A stretch of 46,972 nt of DNA from Candidatus Hadarchaeales archaeon. GTDB taxonomy: Archaea > Hadarchaeota > Hadarchaeia > Hadarchaeales > Hadarchaeaceae. The translations under genes were made by a program, and so were the position numbers. Position 1 is the first letter of the stretch; each line of letters opens with the position of its first letter. Below, in pieces: positions 28,690 to 37,865 of this stretch. The stretch is from positions 28,525-75,496 of the forward strand of contig JAVZGN010000004.1 of NCBI GenBank assembly GCA_038872135.1. Direction: 5' to 3'. The notes beneath the pieces are model-generated. The model saw nothing but the letters and a program-made list of their open reading frames with translations, did not search any database and was not told where the DNA came from.

Positions 28690-30045
28690 CTGCAAAAGCC
28701 AGCCTGGGTGAAGAAAGGCCCAAGGGTGATCAAGCCCATTCCGGGCCCGAAAGCGAGAAAGATAGTGGAAAGGGACGAGAAGGTGATGTCCCCCTCCTAC
28801 ACGAGGGCTGAGCCGATAGTCGCCAGCGAGGGGTGGGGGTGCTATGTAAGAGATGTTGACGGGAATGTCTTCCTGGACTTCTCCTCAGGAATGTTCGTCC
28901 TAAACTATGGCTACTCCCACCCGAGGCTCATCAGGGCGGTGGAGCGCCAGCTCAGGAAGCTCACCCACTTCGCTGGGACAGACTTTTACTACGAGGCCCA
29001 GGTTGTCCTAGCAGAGATGCTGGCAAAGATAACCCCAGGCCAATTTCCAAAAAGGGTTTACTTCGGCAACAGCGGGGCGGAGGCGGTAGAAGCAGCTTTC
29101 AAGTGCGTGAGGTGGCACACGAGGAGGCCGAGGATGATTTCATTCACCGGCGCCTTCCATGGGAGAACATTCGGCGCCATGAGCCTCTCCTCCACAAATG
29201 TCCTCCATCACAGATATTTCTCGCCCCTCGTTCCCGGCGTGAGTTTCATGCCCTACCCCTACTGCTACCGCTGCCCGCTGGGCCAAGCATACCCTGGCTG
29301 CGATTTCCTCTGCGTGGAGTTCATCAGGGAGCAGCTCAGGAAGGTCATCCCACCAGAGGAGGTGGCAGCGGTGATAGCGGAGCCCATTCAGGGTAGCTCT
29401 GGCTACATCATCCCCCCGCCGGAGTATTTCAAGATGATAAAAGAACTCTGCGATGAGTACGGTTGGCTGTTTATCGTCGATGAGATCCAGACGGGGCTGG
29501 GGAGATCCGGGAAGATGTTTGCAATTGAGCACTGGGAAGTTGTTCCAGACATCGTTTGCGTGGCGAAAGCTCTGGCAGGTGGAATAGCGCCCATCGGGGC
29601 AACCATCGCGAGGGCAGATGTCATGGACTGGGAACCGGGCGCCCATGCCTCGACTTTCGGTGGAAATCTTGTTGCCTGTGCAGCCGCCATAGAAGGGCTG
29701 AAAATCTTGAAGGAAGAGAACCTTGTGAAAAGGGCCGCGATGTTTGGTGAGACTATCCTCAAGAGGCTGAAGGAGATAGAAGAGACCTCGAAGATCATCG
29801 GAGATGTTCGGGGGAAGGGCCTCCTGATAGGGATAGAGGTGGTCAAAGACAAGCGCACGAAGGAAAGGGGACAGAAGGAAAGGGAGATGATAGTTCAAGA
29901 AGCCCTCAGCCGGGGTCTCATGATTTTCAGGGGAGGAAAATCCGTCATCAGGCTTGCCCCGCCGCTGACGATAATGCCGGAGGAGCTTGAGCTTGGTCTG
30001 GATATCTTGGAGGAGTCGATTCGTGAGGTAGAGCGAAAATGCTGA
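28690..30045 (+). CDS. Class-III PLP aminotransferase (GabT/ornithine aminotransferase-like); probable CTG start at 28690, alternative GTG at 28708
   Basis: DVDGNVFLDF, NSGAEAVEAA, FHGRT, EPIQGSSG, DEIQTG, AKALAGG, IRLAPPL. Confidence 0.88.
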   Translation: MQKPAWVKKGPRVIKPIPGPKARKIVERDEKVMSPSYTRAEPIVASEGWGCYVRDVDGNVFLDFSSGMFVLNYGYSHPRLIRAVERQLRKLTHFAGTDFYYEAQVVLAEMLAKITPGQFPKRVYFGNSGAEAVEAAFKCVRWHTRRPRMISFTGAFHGRTFGAMSLSSTNVLHHRYFSPLVPGVSFMPYPYCYRCPLGQAYPGCDFLCVEFIREQLRKVIPPEEVAAVIAEPIQGSSGYIIPPPEYFKMIKELCDEYGWLFIVDEIQTGLGRSGKMFAIEHWEVVPDIVCVAKALAGGIAPIGATIARADVMDWEPGAHASTFGGNLVACAAAIEGLKILKEENLVKRAAMFGETILKRLKEIEETSKIIGDVRGKGLLIGIEVVKDKRTKERGQKEREMIVQEALSRGLMIFRGGKSVIRLAPPLTIMPEELELGLDILEESIREVERKC

Positions 30046-31352
30046 TGCTGAAGCGCCATTTCAAGGTTGGCTACAATGAGCATTTGATCATCGGTGAGAT
30101 GGATGTTGTGGATCTAGCGGAAAAATTTGGCACGCCCCTTTACGTCATGGATGAGCGGAGGATCAGAGAAAACTACAAAAGATTTTTCCAGGCATTTTCA
30201 AACTTGTGGCCGAGCGTCCTCGTGTGCTATGCATTGAAGGCAAACTCAAATTTGGCTGTTGTGAAGGTTCTCCAGACGGAGGGGGCTGGCGCCGATGTCA
30301 GCTCCGAAAATGAGCTAAGAATCGCCCTAGCGGCCGGAATCCCGGGAAACAAGATGGTGTTCAACGGAAATCACAAGACTAGGAGAGAGCTGGAACTCTG
30401 CGTGGAGCATGGGGTAATCGTTAATGTCGATAATTTCCAGGAGCTGGAGCTTCTGAATGCAATCGCGGGAAAGAAGATGAAAAAGGCAAGGGTCTCTTTC
30501 AGGGTGAACCCAGATGTTCAGGTTCCAACCCACCCATACATCGCTACAGGGCTTAGAGAGAGCAAGTTTGGTTTTGATGTTGCCAGCGGGCAGGCATTGA
30601 ATGCCTACAGGATGGCGGCGAGGATGGAGAATGTTGAGGTGGTTGGAATTCATGCGCACATCGGCTCCCAAATCCTAGATCCAGCCCCGTTTGAGGAGGA
30701 GGCCAGGAAGCTCATGGCGCTTGTGGCAGAGATAAAAGAGAAAGTTGGAATTTTCCTCTCCTTTGTGGATTTTGGGGGAGGGATAGGAATTCCCTACAAG
30801 CCGGAGGATAGGGAGCTTCCGCCAGAGGAGGTGGCAAAAAGAGTAGTTGAAGTGGTTAGAAAAGCTGTGGAGGAAAAGGACCTGGCGAGGCCAACGCTGA
30901 TCTTTGAACCAGGGCGCTACATTGTCGGTGATGCCGGAGTTCTCCTCGCGCGCGTGGGCTATACCAAGGAGAGACCGGGGATGCCCACTTGGGTCTCCAT
31001 TGATGCTGGAATGAATGCTCTCATCAGGCCGGCTCTTTATGGCGCATACCACCACATTGAAGTCGCAAACAAAATTTCAGAGAAAAATGAATTTGAGTAC
31101 AATGTGGCTGGCCCCCTATGCGAGTCTGGAGATTTTTTAGGGAAAAGCAGAAAGTTGCAGAAAGTTGAGCCGGGAGATCTTCTGGCGATATTCGATGTTG
31201 GGGCATATGGTTTGGCGATGTCTAGCCAACACACGGCACAGTCAAGACCGGCGATGGTTCTTGTGAATGGGAAAAAGGCAGAGGTAGTAAGAAAAAGGGA
31301 GACATTTGAGGATTTGACGAGACTGGACCAGATCCCGGAGTGGTTGAAATGA
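30039..31352 (+). CDS. lysA: Diaminopimelate decarboxylase
   Basis: FGTPLYV, YALKAN (PLP Lys), SKFG, HIGSQ, EPGR, GPLCESGD. Confidence 0.93.
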   Translation: MLMLKRHFKVGYNEHLIIGEMDVVDLAEKFGTPLYVMDERRIRENYKRFFQAFSNLWPSVLVCYALKANSNLAVVKVLQTEGAGADVSSENELRIALAAGIPGNKMVFNGNHKTRRELELCVEHGVIVNVDNFQELELLNAIAGKKMKKARVSFRVNPDVQVPTHPYIATGLRESKFGFDVASGQALNAYRMAARMENVEVVGIHAHIGSQILDPAPFEEEARKLMALVAEIKEKVGIFLSFVDFGGGIGIPYKPEDRELPPEEVAKRVVEVVRKAVEEKDLARPTLIFEPGRYIVGDAGVLLARVGYTKERPGMPTWVSIDAGMNALIRPALYGAYHHIEVANKISEKNEFEYNVAGPLCESGDFLGKSRKLQKVEPGDLLAIFDVGAYGLAMSSQHTAQSRPAMVLVNGKKAEVVRKRETFEDLTRLDQIPEWLK

Positions 31353-32575
31353 GAATCGTTGTGAAATTCGGCGGGACAAGCGTTGGGACTCTGACTAGGA
31401 TTAAAAAGGATGCAGAGGCAGTTTACAGAGAATTCAGGAAAGGGACACAGGTAGCAGTTGTTGTTTCTGCCATGGGCCACACCACAGACGCTCTGATCAA
31501 GACGGCAAAGACGGTGGGGGAAAAATTGGGGCCCAAAGAGATGGACTTTATCATGGCGTTGGGGGAGAGGGCCAGTGCGAGGATTTTTGCTGCAGCCCTC
31601 AGAGAGATCGGGGCAAAGGCCAAGGCCATAGACCCGATGTCGGAAGAGTGGCCAGTGGTCACGGACAGCAACCATGGGCTGGCAGACATCGACCTCAAGG
31701 CGACGATGGAACTTGCAAAGAAGAAAATAGTGTCCCTGCTGGAGGATGGAGTTATCCCTGTGATCTGCGGTTTTCTTGGGAAGGACAGGAAGGGAAACAT
31801 AACAACCATCGGGAGGGGGGGAAGCGACATCACTGGGTTTCTCATCGGAAAATGCATTGGGGCAGACGAGGTGATAATAGTCACAGACGTTGATGGGGTG
31901 ATGAGTGCTGATCCAAATGTTGTGGAAGGGGCGAAAATACTTGAAAAAATAACTGTGGAGGAGATGACAGACCTCGCGAGGTTTGGTGCACAGGTGATGC
32001 ACCCGAGGGCAATGAGGTATAAGGATCCGGAGATAGATGCGAAGGTGATAAATTTCAAGCATTATGATCTCTCGGCCCCCGGGACAAAAATCATCGGGCC
32101 GGTTGAAAAGGAGGTTGAAGGGGTGAGGCTGGTGGAAGAGCCGCTGGCGATGCTCACGGTTGTCGGGGAGGAGATGCAGGTTACCCCCGGAGTTCTCGTT
32201 AAGACATCGACCCCGGTGAGTGCTGCGGGAATAAACATCTTTGGAGTTTCCATCGGTCCACGCTCATTTTCTCTTTATGTGAGAGAGAGCGAGGCGGAAA
32301 AGGCGGCAAAGCTTGTTCACGAGGTGATAGTCGGGGACAGGCTGATGAAGTCCGTCACGACTCAGGGAGGGCTGGCGATGATTGTGGCCGAGAGTGAAAA
32401 GTTCATCTATACCCCGGGAGTCATCGCAAGGTTGACGGCGCCCTTGGCAAAGGAAAAGATAAACATCGTGGAGATCCTCTCGAGCAGGGCTTCCATCAGC
32501 TTCTTTGTGAACTGGGAGGACAGAGAGAGGGCGATGGAGCTTTTCAAGAAGGCGATGAAGGATATCAGTGGGTGA
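31349..32575 (+). CDS. lysC: Aspartate kinase with two ACT domains
   Basis: VVKFGGTSV, VVSAMG, GRGGSD, TDVDGV, GAQVMHPRA. Confidence 0.92.
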   Translation: MRIVVKFGGTSVGTLTRIKKDAEAVYREFRKGTQVAVVVSAMGHTTDALIKTAKTVGEKLGPKEMDFIMALGERASARIFAAALREIGAKAKAIDPMSEEWPVVTDSNHGLADIDLKATMELAKKKIVSLLEDGVIPVICGFLGKDRKGNITTIGRGGSDITGFLIGKCIGADEVIIVTDVDGVMSADPNVVEGAKILEKITVEEMTDLARFGAQVMHPRAMRYKDPEIDAKVINFKHYDLSAPGTKIIGPVEKEVEGVRLVEEPLAMLTVVGEEMQVTPGVLVKTSTPVSAAGINIFGVSIGPRSFSLYVRESEAEKAAKLVHEVIVGDRLMKSVTTQGGLAMIVAESEKFIYTPGVIARLTAPLAKEKINIVEILSSRASISFFVNWEDRERAMELFKKAMKDISG

Positions 32576-32579
32576 GAGG

Positions 32580-33464
32580 ATGTTTGAAGGAGCATACACG
32601 GCGATGGTGACTCCCTTCACTGAAGATGGGGAGGTTTCTGAAGAGGGGATCAGAGAACTTGTGGAGTTTCAGATAAAAAATGGGATTCATGGGCTGGTCC
32701 CCGTTGGCACAACTGGAGAGTGTTCAACCCTCTCCTATGAGGAGCACAAGAGGGTGATCGAGATAGTTGTGGATGCTGCGAGGGGTAGAGTCCCGGTTGT
32801 TGCGGGAACAGGAAGTAACAGCACCTGGGAGGCGATAATGCTGACGAGACATGCAAAGGAGATCGGGGCGGATGGAGCCCTTCTAGTAGTTCCCTACTAC
32901 AATAAGCCGACCCAAGCTGGCCTTTATGCTCACTTCAAAAAGATTGCCGAGGAGGTAGACATCCCTCAGCTGATTTACAACATCCCCTCCCGCACTGGTG
33001 TGAACATGCTGCCGGAGACGATGGCAAAGCTAGCAAAGCTGAAGAATGTTGTTGGGGTCAAGGAGGCTTCAGGGGACGTTGATCAGGTTAGGAAGATAAT
33101 TGAGCTGACGAGGGGCGAGGATTTTGTTGTTATTTCAGGAAATGACTCCGACACTCTGGAGATAATGAAGCTTGGGGGTGTTGGGGTGATATCAGTGGCT
33201 TCGAACATTATCCCCGGCAGGGTTGTGGAGCTGGTTGATGTGGCGAGAAAGGGTGATTTTGAGAAAGCGAAAAAGATTCACGAGGAGCTTCTTCCAATCT
33301 TTAAAGCCCTTTTCATAGAAACAAACCCAGGGCCGGTGAAGACGGCGATGAGGTGGATGGGACTTCCAGCCGGTCCCCTCAGGCTTCCACTTGTGGATAT
33401 GGAGCCTCAGAACCAGCAGAAGCTCAGAGATGTCATGATTCAGATGGGGATTCTCAAGAGGTAG
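32580..33464 (+). CDS. dapA: 4-hydroxy-tetrahydrodipicolinate synthase
   Basis: GTTGE, PYYNKP, YNIPSRTG, VKEASG, ETNPGPVK. ATG 4 nt after GGTGA. Confidence 0.95.
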   Translation: MFEGAYTAMVTPFTEDGEVSEEGIRELVEFQIKNGIHGLVPVGTTGECSTLSYEEHKRVIEIVVDAARGRVPVVAGTGSNSTWEAIMLTRHAKEIGADGALLVVPYYNKPTQAGLYAHFKKIAEEVDIPQLIYNIPSRTGVNMLPETMAKLAKLKNVVGVKEASGDVDQVRKIIELTRGEDFVVISGNDSDTLEIMKLGGVGVISVASNIIPGRVVELVDVARKGDFEKAKKIHEELLPIFKALFIETNPGPVKTAMRWMGLPAGPLRLPLVDMEPQNQQKLRDVMIQMGILKR

Positions 33465-34290
33465 CCTTTGCAAGTTTTCTCAATTTTTCTACTGTTTCAA
33501 GTGGAACGGTTACCGATCCCACCGGCGGGCCTTTCGGCTCAGAATCGGTCCCCCCGACCTCCACAAGGTTGTATTTTTTTGCCATCGCCCTGAACTGTCT
33601 GATCTCCGCTGGAGAGTGGGAGAAATGGTAAACTTCAAGCCCCTTCAGTCCGCTCTTTACAAGCTTTGGGAGAAGAGTGAACGCATCGTTGAATTTTGGA
33701 TGGGCAAGGGCTGGGACACCACCAGCCTCCTCTATCAGCCACATCACATAGTCCATTGACCATTCCTCCCTGCCGACATAGGCGGGTTTCCCGTAGCCAA
33801 GATATTTTTCGAAAGCTTCTTTAGGACTTTTCACAACCCCCCGCTTCGCGAGGACATTTGCAACATTGGAGCGCCCTACTGTCATACTCTTAGCTGCATC
33901 TTCCATGACTTCCTCATATGTGATTTCAATTCCAAGGGATTGAAGGGCCACAACTATCTCGCCCACCTGCTTAACCCTGTCCGCCCTGGCTTTGTTGACA
34001 GCCGCCCTGAAATCAGGGTGGTGCCAGTCAATGAAATAGGCAATGATGTGAGGTTCAATGGCCCCTTCCTCAAACATGAGTTCAACCGCTGGGACAATTT
34101 CAACACCGGCAAATTTTCCAGCCGCCACCGCCTCAGGCACCCCCTCCAGCGACTCGTGGTCGGCAATGGCAATAGCGGAGAGCTTCTGTTCTTTTGCTAG
34201 ATCCACTGCTCTAGTTGGCGTGACCCTCCCCATAGAGTAGGTAGTCCTGACGTGGAGGTCCGCCCTTTTTTCATCAATTTTGGCTACCAT
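33454..34290 (-). CDS. PHP-domain protein (YciV/TrpH-like), degenerate metal site, paralog 2
   Basis: ADLHVRTTYSMG, IADHE, VEL, PHIIAY, LAHP, GGTDSE. Confidence 0.8.
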   Translation of the reverse strand: MVAKIDEKRADLHVRTTYSMGRVTPTRAVDLAKEQKLSAIAIADHESLEGVPEAVAAGKFAGVEIVPAVELMFEEGAIEPHIIAYFIDWHHPDFRAAVNKARADRVKQVGEIVVALQSLGIEITYEEVMEDAAKSMTVGRSNVANVLAKRGVVKSPKEAFEKYLGYGKPAYVGREEWSMDYVMWLIEEAGGVPALAHPKFNDAFTLLPKLVKSGLKGLEVYHFSHSPAEIRQFRAMAKKYNLVEVGGTDSEPKGPPVGSVTVPLETVEKLRKLAKATS

Positions 34291-34300
34291 CCGCCCCCCT

Positions 34301-35125
34301 TTACTTGAGCAATTTTCTAAGCCTTCCCCCGCCCCTGAGCTCTTCAACAACCTTGTATGGGACGACTACCTCGCCAACCGCTCCCTTTGGAGAGGAGTCT
34401 GTCCCGCCGACTTCAACCAAGCCATATTTTTTTGCCAGCGACTTCAGCTGTTTGACATCGGCAGAAGAGTGCGAGAAGTGGTAAACTTCTAGGCCAACTA
34501 GCCCATATTTCACAAACTCCGGGAGAAGCTCGATTCCCTCACTGAACTTTGGGTGGGCGAGGGCCGGAACACCCCCTGCGTCGAAAATCGGCCTCAGGGC
34601 TTCTGAGATGGGGAGCTGATATCTTGGAATGTAGGCCGGCTTACCATAGCCCAGATATTTCCCAAAAGCTTCCTTGACATCCTTGACCACACCCTTCTGG
34701 ACAAGAAGCTCCGCTACATGGGTCCTGCCGATCACAGAAGCCCTCCCGGCCACCCCCAACACTTCATCGTAGGTGATGTTTATGCCCATAGACTGAAGTT
34801 TTTCAACCGTGCGCTGGATCCTCCATCCCCTCGCCGCCTGAGCCCTGCTTATCTCGGTGAGGAGAGCGCGGTTCCTCCAGTCTATGAAATAGCCGATGAT
34901 GTGAGCCTCCCTCTGGGCCTCCTCAAACATCAGTTCCACGCCTGGAATAACTTCAACGCCATATCTCTCCCCGGCTTCAACAGCCTCCTGAATTCCTTCA
35001 ACCGACTCGTGATCAACTATTGCTATTGCGGCAAGTCCTTTTTTCTTTGCAAGTGCGACGGCTTCATCAGGCCTAACTTTCCCCATAGAGCAGATTGTGC
35101 GAACGTGCAGATCAGCCTTTTTCAT
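34301..35125 (-). CDS. PHP-domain protein (YciV/TrpH-like), degenerate metal site, paralog 1
   Basis: ADLHVRTICSMG, IVDHE, GVEL, AHIIGY, LAHP, GGTDSS. Confidence 0.8.
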   Translation of the reverse strand: MKKADLHVRTICSMGKVRPDEAVALAKKKGLAAIAIVDHESVEGIQEAVEAGERYGVEVIPGVELMFEEAQREAHIIGYFIDWRNRALLTEISRAQAARGWRIQRTVEKLQSMGINITYDEVLGVAGRASVIGRTHVAELLVQKGVVKDVKEAFGKYLGYGKPAYIPRYQLPISEALRPIFDAGGVPALAHPKFSEGIELLPEFVKYGLVGLEVYHFSHSSADVKQLKSLAKKYGLVEVGGTDSSPKGAVGEVVVPYKVVEELRGGGRLRKLLK

Positions 35126-35216
35126 CCAGCCCCTATAATTATCTCTCTTTTTTGGTATATCTATTTTTTGGATGGAAATTTTTGCTAAAAGAAGAACATC
35201 TAAGATTTCACTAGCT

Positions 35217-35912
35217 TCAGGAGATGAGCGGCAGAACCTCCTCCATCACATACATCACGAAATCTGAAACTTCCGAGCGGCTGAAGAGAGTGATCACGCA
35301 GTTTCTAGTTATCCCCACCACAAGCCCCCTCTTCTTTATCTCAAAGACAGCATACCAGATTTTTCCATGCTTCAAATGCTCCTTGTACAGCCCGGTGTCG
35401 GCCAGCCCTGTGCCGGCCAGAGCTATCTTTGCCACCCCGGGAATATCGACGCTGTCAAACCAGATGAGTTTCGTGGCCTGTGGGTTTGACTCATGGAGGC
35501 GCTTCAGGGTCTCGTGGGTTATCTCAGTTTCCACGATTGCCCCGACCTTGATGAAGAGGATTTCGCTCAGCTTGTTGGCAACGTAGGCTGTGAGGAGCTT
35601 CTTCACCCCTCTGGCCTTTGAGGGAGCGAGAACTATCAGGAAGGTTCTATCCTTAAACCTCTTTAGCCAGAATGGAACCTCCTCTGTGACCAAGGTCTCA
35701 ACCGGCTCCCCCCTGTAATATCTGCTTAGAACGAAATCCTTCGTGAAGACTCCTTGGATGGCATCCTTCTCCATTTTTATCTCCTGGATCTCTGAGAGGA
35801 GTTTTTCCCCGCTTTCGAGAGGTTGTTCTTCTCTGAAATCCTTCAGCTTTCTCACAACAGTTGTGAAGTCAACTTTTTCCTTCACCTCAAAGACTTTAGC
35901 CACCAGCACCAT
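35217..35912 (-). CDS. Hypothetical alpha/beta protein divergent from the SMC operon
   Basis: 231-aa ORF from MVLVAKVF with globular-looking composition and native codon style; no motif recognised. Confidence 0.75.
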   Translation of the reverse strand: MVLVAKVFEVKEKVDFTTVVRKLKDFREEQPLESGEKLLSEIQEIKMEKDAIQGVFTKDFVLSRYYRGEPVETLVTEEVPFWLKRFKDRTFLIVLAPSKARGVKKLLTAYVANKLSEILFIKVGAIVETEITHETLKRLHESNPQATKLIWFDSVDIPGVAKIALAGTGLADTGLYKEHLKHGKIWYAVFEIKKRGLVVGITRNCVITLFSRSEVSDFVMYVMEEVLPLIS

Positions 35913-35936
35913 ACAATCAAAGATTGTTGGGGCAGA

Positions 35937-35944
35937 TTTTAAGA
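35937..35944. promoter_or_regulatory. Putative shared bidirectional TATA box for two leaderless divergent transcripts
   Basis: TTTTAAGA (TCTTAAAA on the minus strand) sits in a 54-bp gap, about 22-24 nt from both ATGs (35967 + and 35912 -). Confidence 0.5.
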
Positions 35945-35966
35945 TTTGAAGGCGTAAAATTATCTG

Positions 35967-37865
35967 ATGCAAGAGATTTCTACCACCCACGTGCGCGAGA
36001 TCATCCTAGAGAACTTCATGAGCCACAAGTACTCAAGGGTGCCGTTGAAAAAGGGGCTGAACATCATCAGCGGTCCAAACGGGGCGGGGAAGTCCTCAAT
36101 TCTTCTTGGGCTTTCTGTTGCCCTCGGTCAGAGCTACACTGAGAGGTCGAGGAGGCTGAGCGACCTAGTAAGGAGGGGGGAGAGGATGGCGAGGGTGAGT
36201 GTGGTTTTTGACAACCGCCAGAGCAATGGGCGGCGCCCAATCCCCGGCTTCACCTCAGACACAGTCACCCTTTCGAGGTACATAGGAGTGGACGGAAACT
36301 ACTGGCATGAGATAAACAACCGCCCAGTCATGAAGGGGGAGGTTGTGAGATTTCTTCAGCGGCTCTCAATAAACCCAGACAACATGCTGCTGATAATGCA
36401 CCAGAACATGATTGAGCTTTTTGGGGCAATCGACGCCAGGGAGAAGCTGAAGCTGGTGGAGGAGGCTGTCGGGATGGCGGAGTACAGGCAAAAGATTTTG
36501 GAAACTAGGGAAAAGCTTGCTCAGGCAGTCGGCGAAGAGGAGGCAACGAAGAACCTGCTCGGGAAGGCGAGGGAGACCCTGAGCTACTGGGAGGGGGAAT
36601 ACAGGAAGCTTGTGAGGAAGAGGGAGCTGGAGAGGAGGAGGAAGGAGCTGGAGGTGGAGATGGCCTGGGCGAGGTACTGGAGGCAGATGGAGGAGGTGGC
36701 TTCGATCTCCTCAAAGCTTGAGGCGGTCAAAGGGGAGCTTCAAGATGTTCGAGGGGAACTCTCCAAGAAATCGCGAGAGGTCGAAGAGCTTGAGAAGAGG
36801 GTGGAGAAGATGGAGTTCGAGGTGGAGTCCTCCTACCAGAGGCTCATCCAGCAGGAGAAGCTCCTCACCGAGAAAGAGACTCAGCTGAAGTTGTCTGAGG
36901 TTTTTCTCAGGTCCCTTGGGCAGCCCCCGAAGGGAATGAAAGAGGATCTTGCGAGGATAAGGGAGGAGATCAAGGAGGTGAAAGAAAAGGTGGGAGAGGT
37001 AGAGGGGCGGCTCGTGAACGCAAAGAAGCAGCTTGAGAAGGAGAGGGAAAAGTACATTCAATCCAGGGTGGACTCCGCTGTTCTGAGCTTCCGGCAGGAG
37101 CTTCTGGAGAGAGAGGTCGCTGGAATCACCCGGGAGCTGAACAGGGCGAGGGAAACAGCCGAGGAGCTTGAGGCTGAGGCTTCAAAGGTCGGGAGAAGGG
37201 TGAAAACAGGGAGAAAAATCCAGGACATCTCAGATGAGCTTAAGGTGGTGAATGTTCAGCTGGCCTCTCTCGCGGATGTTTCCCCGGATGTTGAGAGGAT
37301 GTTTCTGAGCTACCAGAGCACCGTGAAGGAGCTGGAGGAGAAGGCGAGAGTGGCGGAGGCCAACAGAATGAGGGCGATGGAGGAGCTTGAGCTGAGGAAG
37401 AAGATGTGGCTGCGGGAGATAAAAAAAGTTGTTGAAGAAACCGAGCAGGACTACAGGAAGATCCTCGCGGGGGTCGGGGGGAGGGGAGGGATAAGGCTGG
37501 TGAATCCCGAGGACATCGATGAGGCGGGGATAGAACTCACGGTCGGCTTCAGGGGGAATGAGCCCCAAGTCCTAGACATGTATGTTCAGAGCGGGGGGGA
37601 GAGGACGGCGGCGGTAATGTGCTTTCTGCTGGCCCTCCAGAAGAGGATAAAGTCTCCCCTCAGGTCCATCGATGAGTTTGAGGCCCACCTTGACCCGAAA
37701 AACAGGGAGGAGCTGATGCTGAGGCTGATGGAGGCGGCGAAGGATGAGGATGTTCAGTATCTGCTGATAACTCCCGGCCATCTCACAAGAGTAGAGGATG
37801 TTGCGAATGTTGTGCTGGTTCAAAATGTTGGCGGAGCTTCGCTCGTGAAGGTGGTGGCGCAGTGA
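35967..37865 (+). CDS. Short hingeless SMC-family ATPase with Smc5/6-like head
   Basis: ILENFMSH, Walker A GPNGAGKS, Q-loop INPDNMLLIMHQN, long coiled coil, signature QSGGER, Walker B/D-loop PLRSIDEFEAHLD, QYLLITP. Only 632 aa. Confidence 0.88.
   Translation: MQEISTTHVREIILENFMSHKYSRVPLKKGLNIISGPNGAGKSSILLGLSVALGQSYTERSRRLSDLVRRGERMARVSVVFDNRQSNGRRPIPGFTSDTVTLSRYIGVDGNYWHEINNRPVMKGEVVRFLQRLSINPDNMLLIMHQNMIELFGAIDAREKLKLVEEAVGMAEYRQKILETREKLAQAVGEEEATKNLLGKARETLSYWEGEYRKLVRKRELERRRKELEVEMAWARYWRQMEEVASISSKLEAVKGELQDVRGELSKKSREVEELEKRVEKMEFEVESSYQRLIQQEKLLTEKETQLKLSEVFLRSLGQPPKGMKEDLARIREEIKEVKEKVGEVEGRLVNAKKQLEKEREKYIQSRVDSAVLSFRQELLEREVAGITRELNRARETAEELEAEASKVGRRVKTGRKIQDISDELKVVNVQLASLADVSPDVERMFLSYQSTVKELEEKARVAEANRMRAMEELELRKKMWLREIKKVVEETEQDYRKILAGVGGRGGIRLVNPEDIDEAGIELTVGFRGNEPQVLDMYVQSGGERTAAVMCFLLALQKRIKSPLRSIDEFEAHLDPKNREELMLRLMEAAKDEDVQYLLITPGHLTRVEDVANVVLVQNVGGASLVKVVAQ

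Noticed and set aside
31037-32062. 341-aa minus-strand ORF (and similar ones at 29140-29898 and 45500-46231)
   Set aside because: Antisense shadows of lysA/lysC, the aminotransferase and the FMN protein.
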